The position numbers and the translations under genes were made by a program. Below are positions 63,828 to 64,000 of a stretch of 64,000 bases of DNA, piece by piece. Each line of letters begins with the position of its first letter. Positions within the stretch are counted from its first letter, which is position 1. The stretch is from a virus (Duplodnaviria; Caudoviricetes). The DNA lies in the IMG/VR virus record IMGVR_UViG_3300022719_000071, positions 192,001 to 256,000 of that record; one strand, 5' to 3'. The notes below the pieces were generated by a model that was not told the DNA's origin, did not search any database, and saw nothing but the letters and a program-made list of their open reading frames with translations.

Positions 63828-64000
63828 TACACATTCGACCAGCGAAGAAGTTTGAGCGCAAGAATATTGTAGAACTTGCGAGTGAGCAATTCGGTGATGG
63901 CTACCTCGTCCGAAAGGAACTAGACATCGACCGGTACATCGTACTGTACGTTGATGACGATTTCTCTGGTTTTGTGAATACTGACTTCTACTCAAAAGAG
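63824..64000 (+). CDS. 3'-truncated ORF, possibly a GNAT acetyltransferase
   Basis: ATG 63824: MIHIRPAKKFERKNIVELASEQFGDGYL..., open to the window end; the IRPA start is typical of GNATs. Confidence 0.4.
   Translation, partial: MIHIRPAKKFERKNIVELASEQFGDGYLVRKELDIDRYIVLYVDDDFSGFVNTDFYSKE

Noticed and set aside
1-64000. Stop-codon reassignment (alternative genetic code)
   Set aside because: Core genes are full length under the standard code and end in TAA, TGA or TAG; no suppressor tRNA is seen.

Overview
This window is 64 kb of a large T4-like (jumbo) myophage genome, probably infecting a Gram-negative host given its bS21, ArfA-like and periplasmic L,D-transpeptidase genes. It uses the standard genetic code. 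Morphogenesis genes: tail sheath, tail tube, tube-like initiator, gp4-like head-completion nuclease, small terminase, intein-bearing large terminase, fibre/decoration proteins and prohead-core-like proteins. Replication and recombination genes: dUTPase, gp32-like SSB, UvsX, UvsW, a minimal DnaE-like polymerase, primase, helicase, exonuclease, RNase H/5'-3' exonuclease, two-subunit type II topoisomerase and ATP-dependent ligase. Selfish elements: three Hef-like endonucleases, a double GIY-YIG, an HNH and a LAGLIDADG intein. Three promoter-led tRNA/ncRNA clusters hold 7 recognisable tRNAs plus decayed ones. About 20 TAAATA late-promoter motifs mark the structural genes. The main observations beyond routine annotation are: (1) a Hef element inserted in the 5' end of the topoisomerase gene, which supplies a replacement N-terminus and leaves the original promoter, RBS and 5' end as a frameshifted relic; (2) a family of structured non-coding elements between the tRNAs, sharing UGGAAG-loop hairpins and a duplicated tRNA-Pro leader; (3) a 10-nt-phased AGAAC array in the SSB leader; (4) a catalytically intact mini-DnaE alongside a primase with degenerate acidic motifs; (5) a set of candidate capsid-packaged, ejected proteins, one resembling a phosphorothioation-associated domain. 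All family assignments come from motif recognition by eye; no database searches were run.
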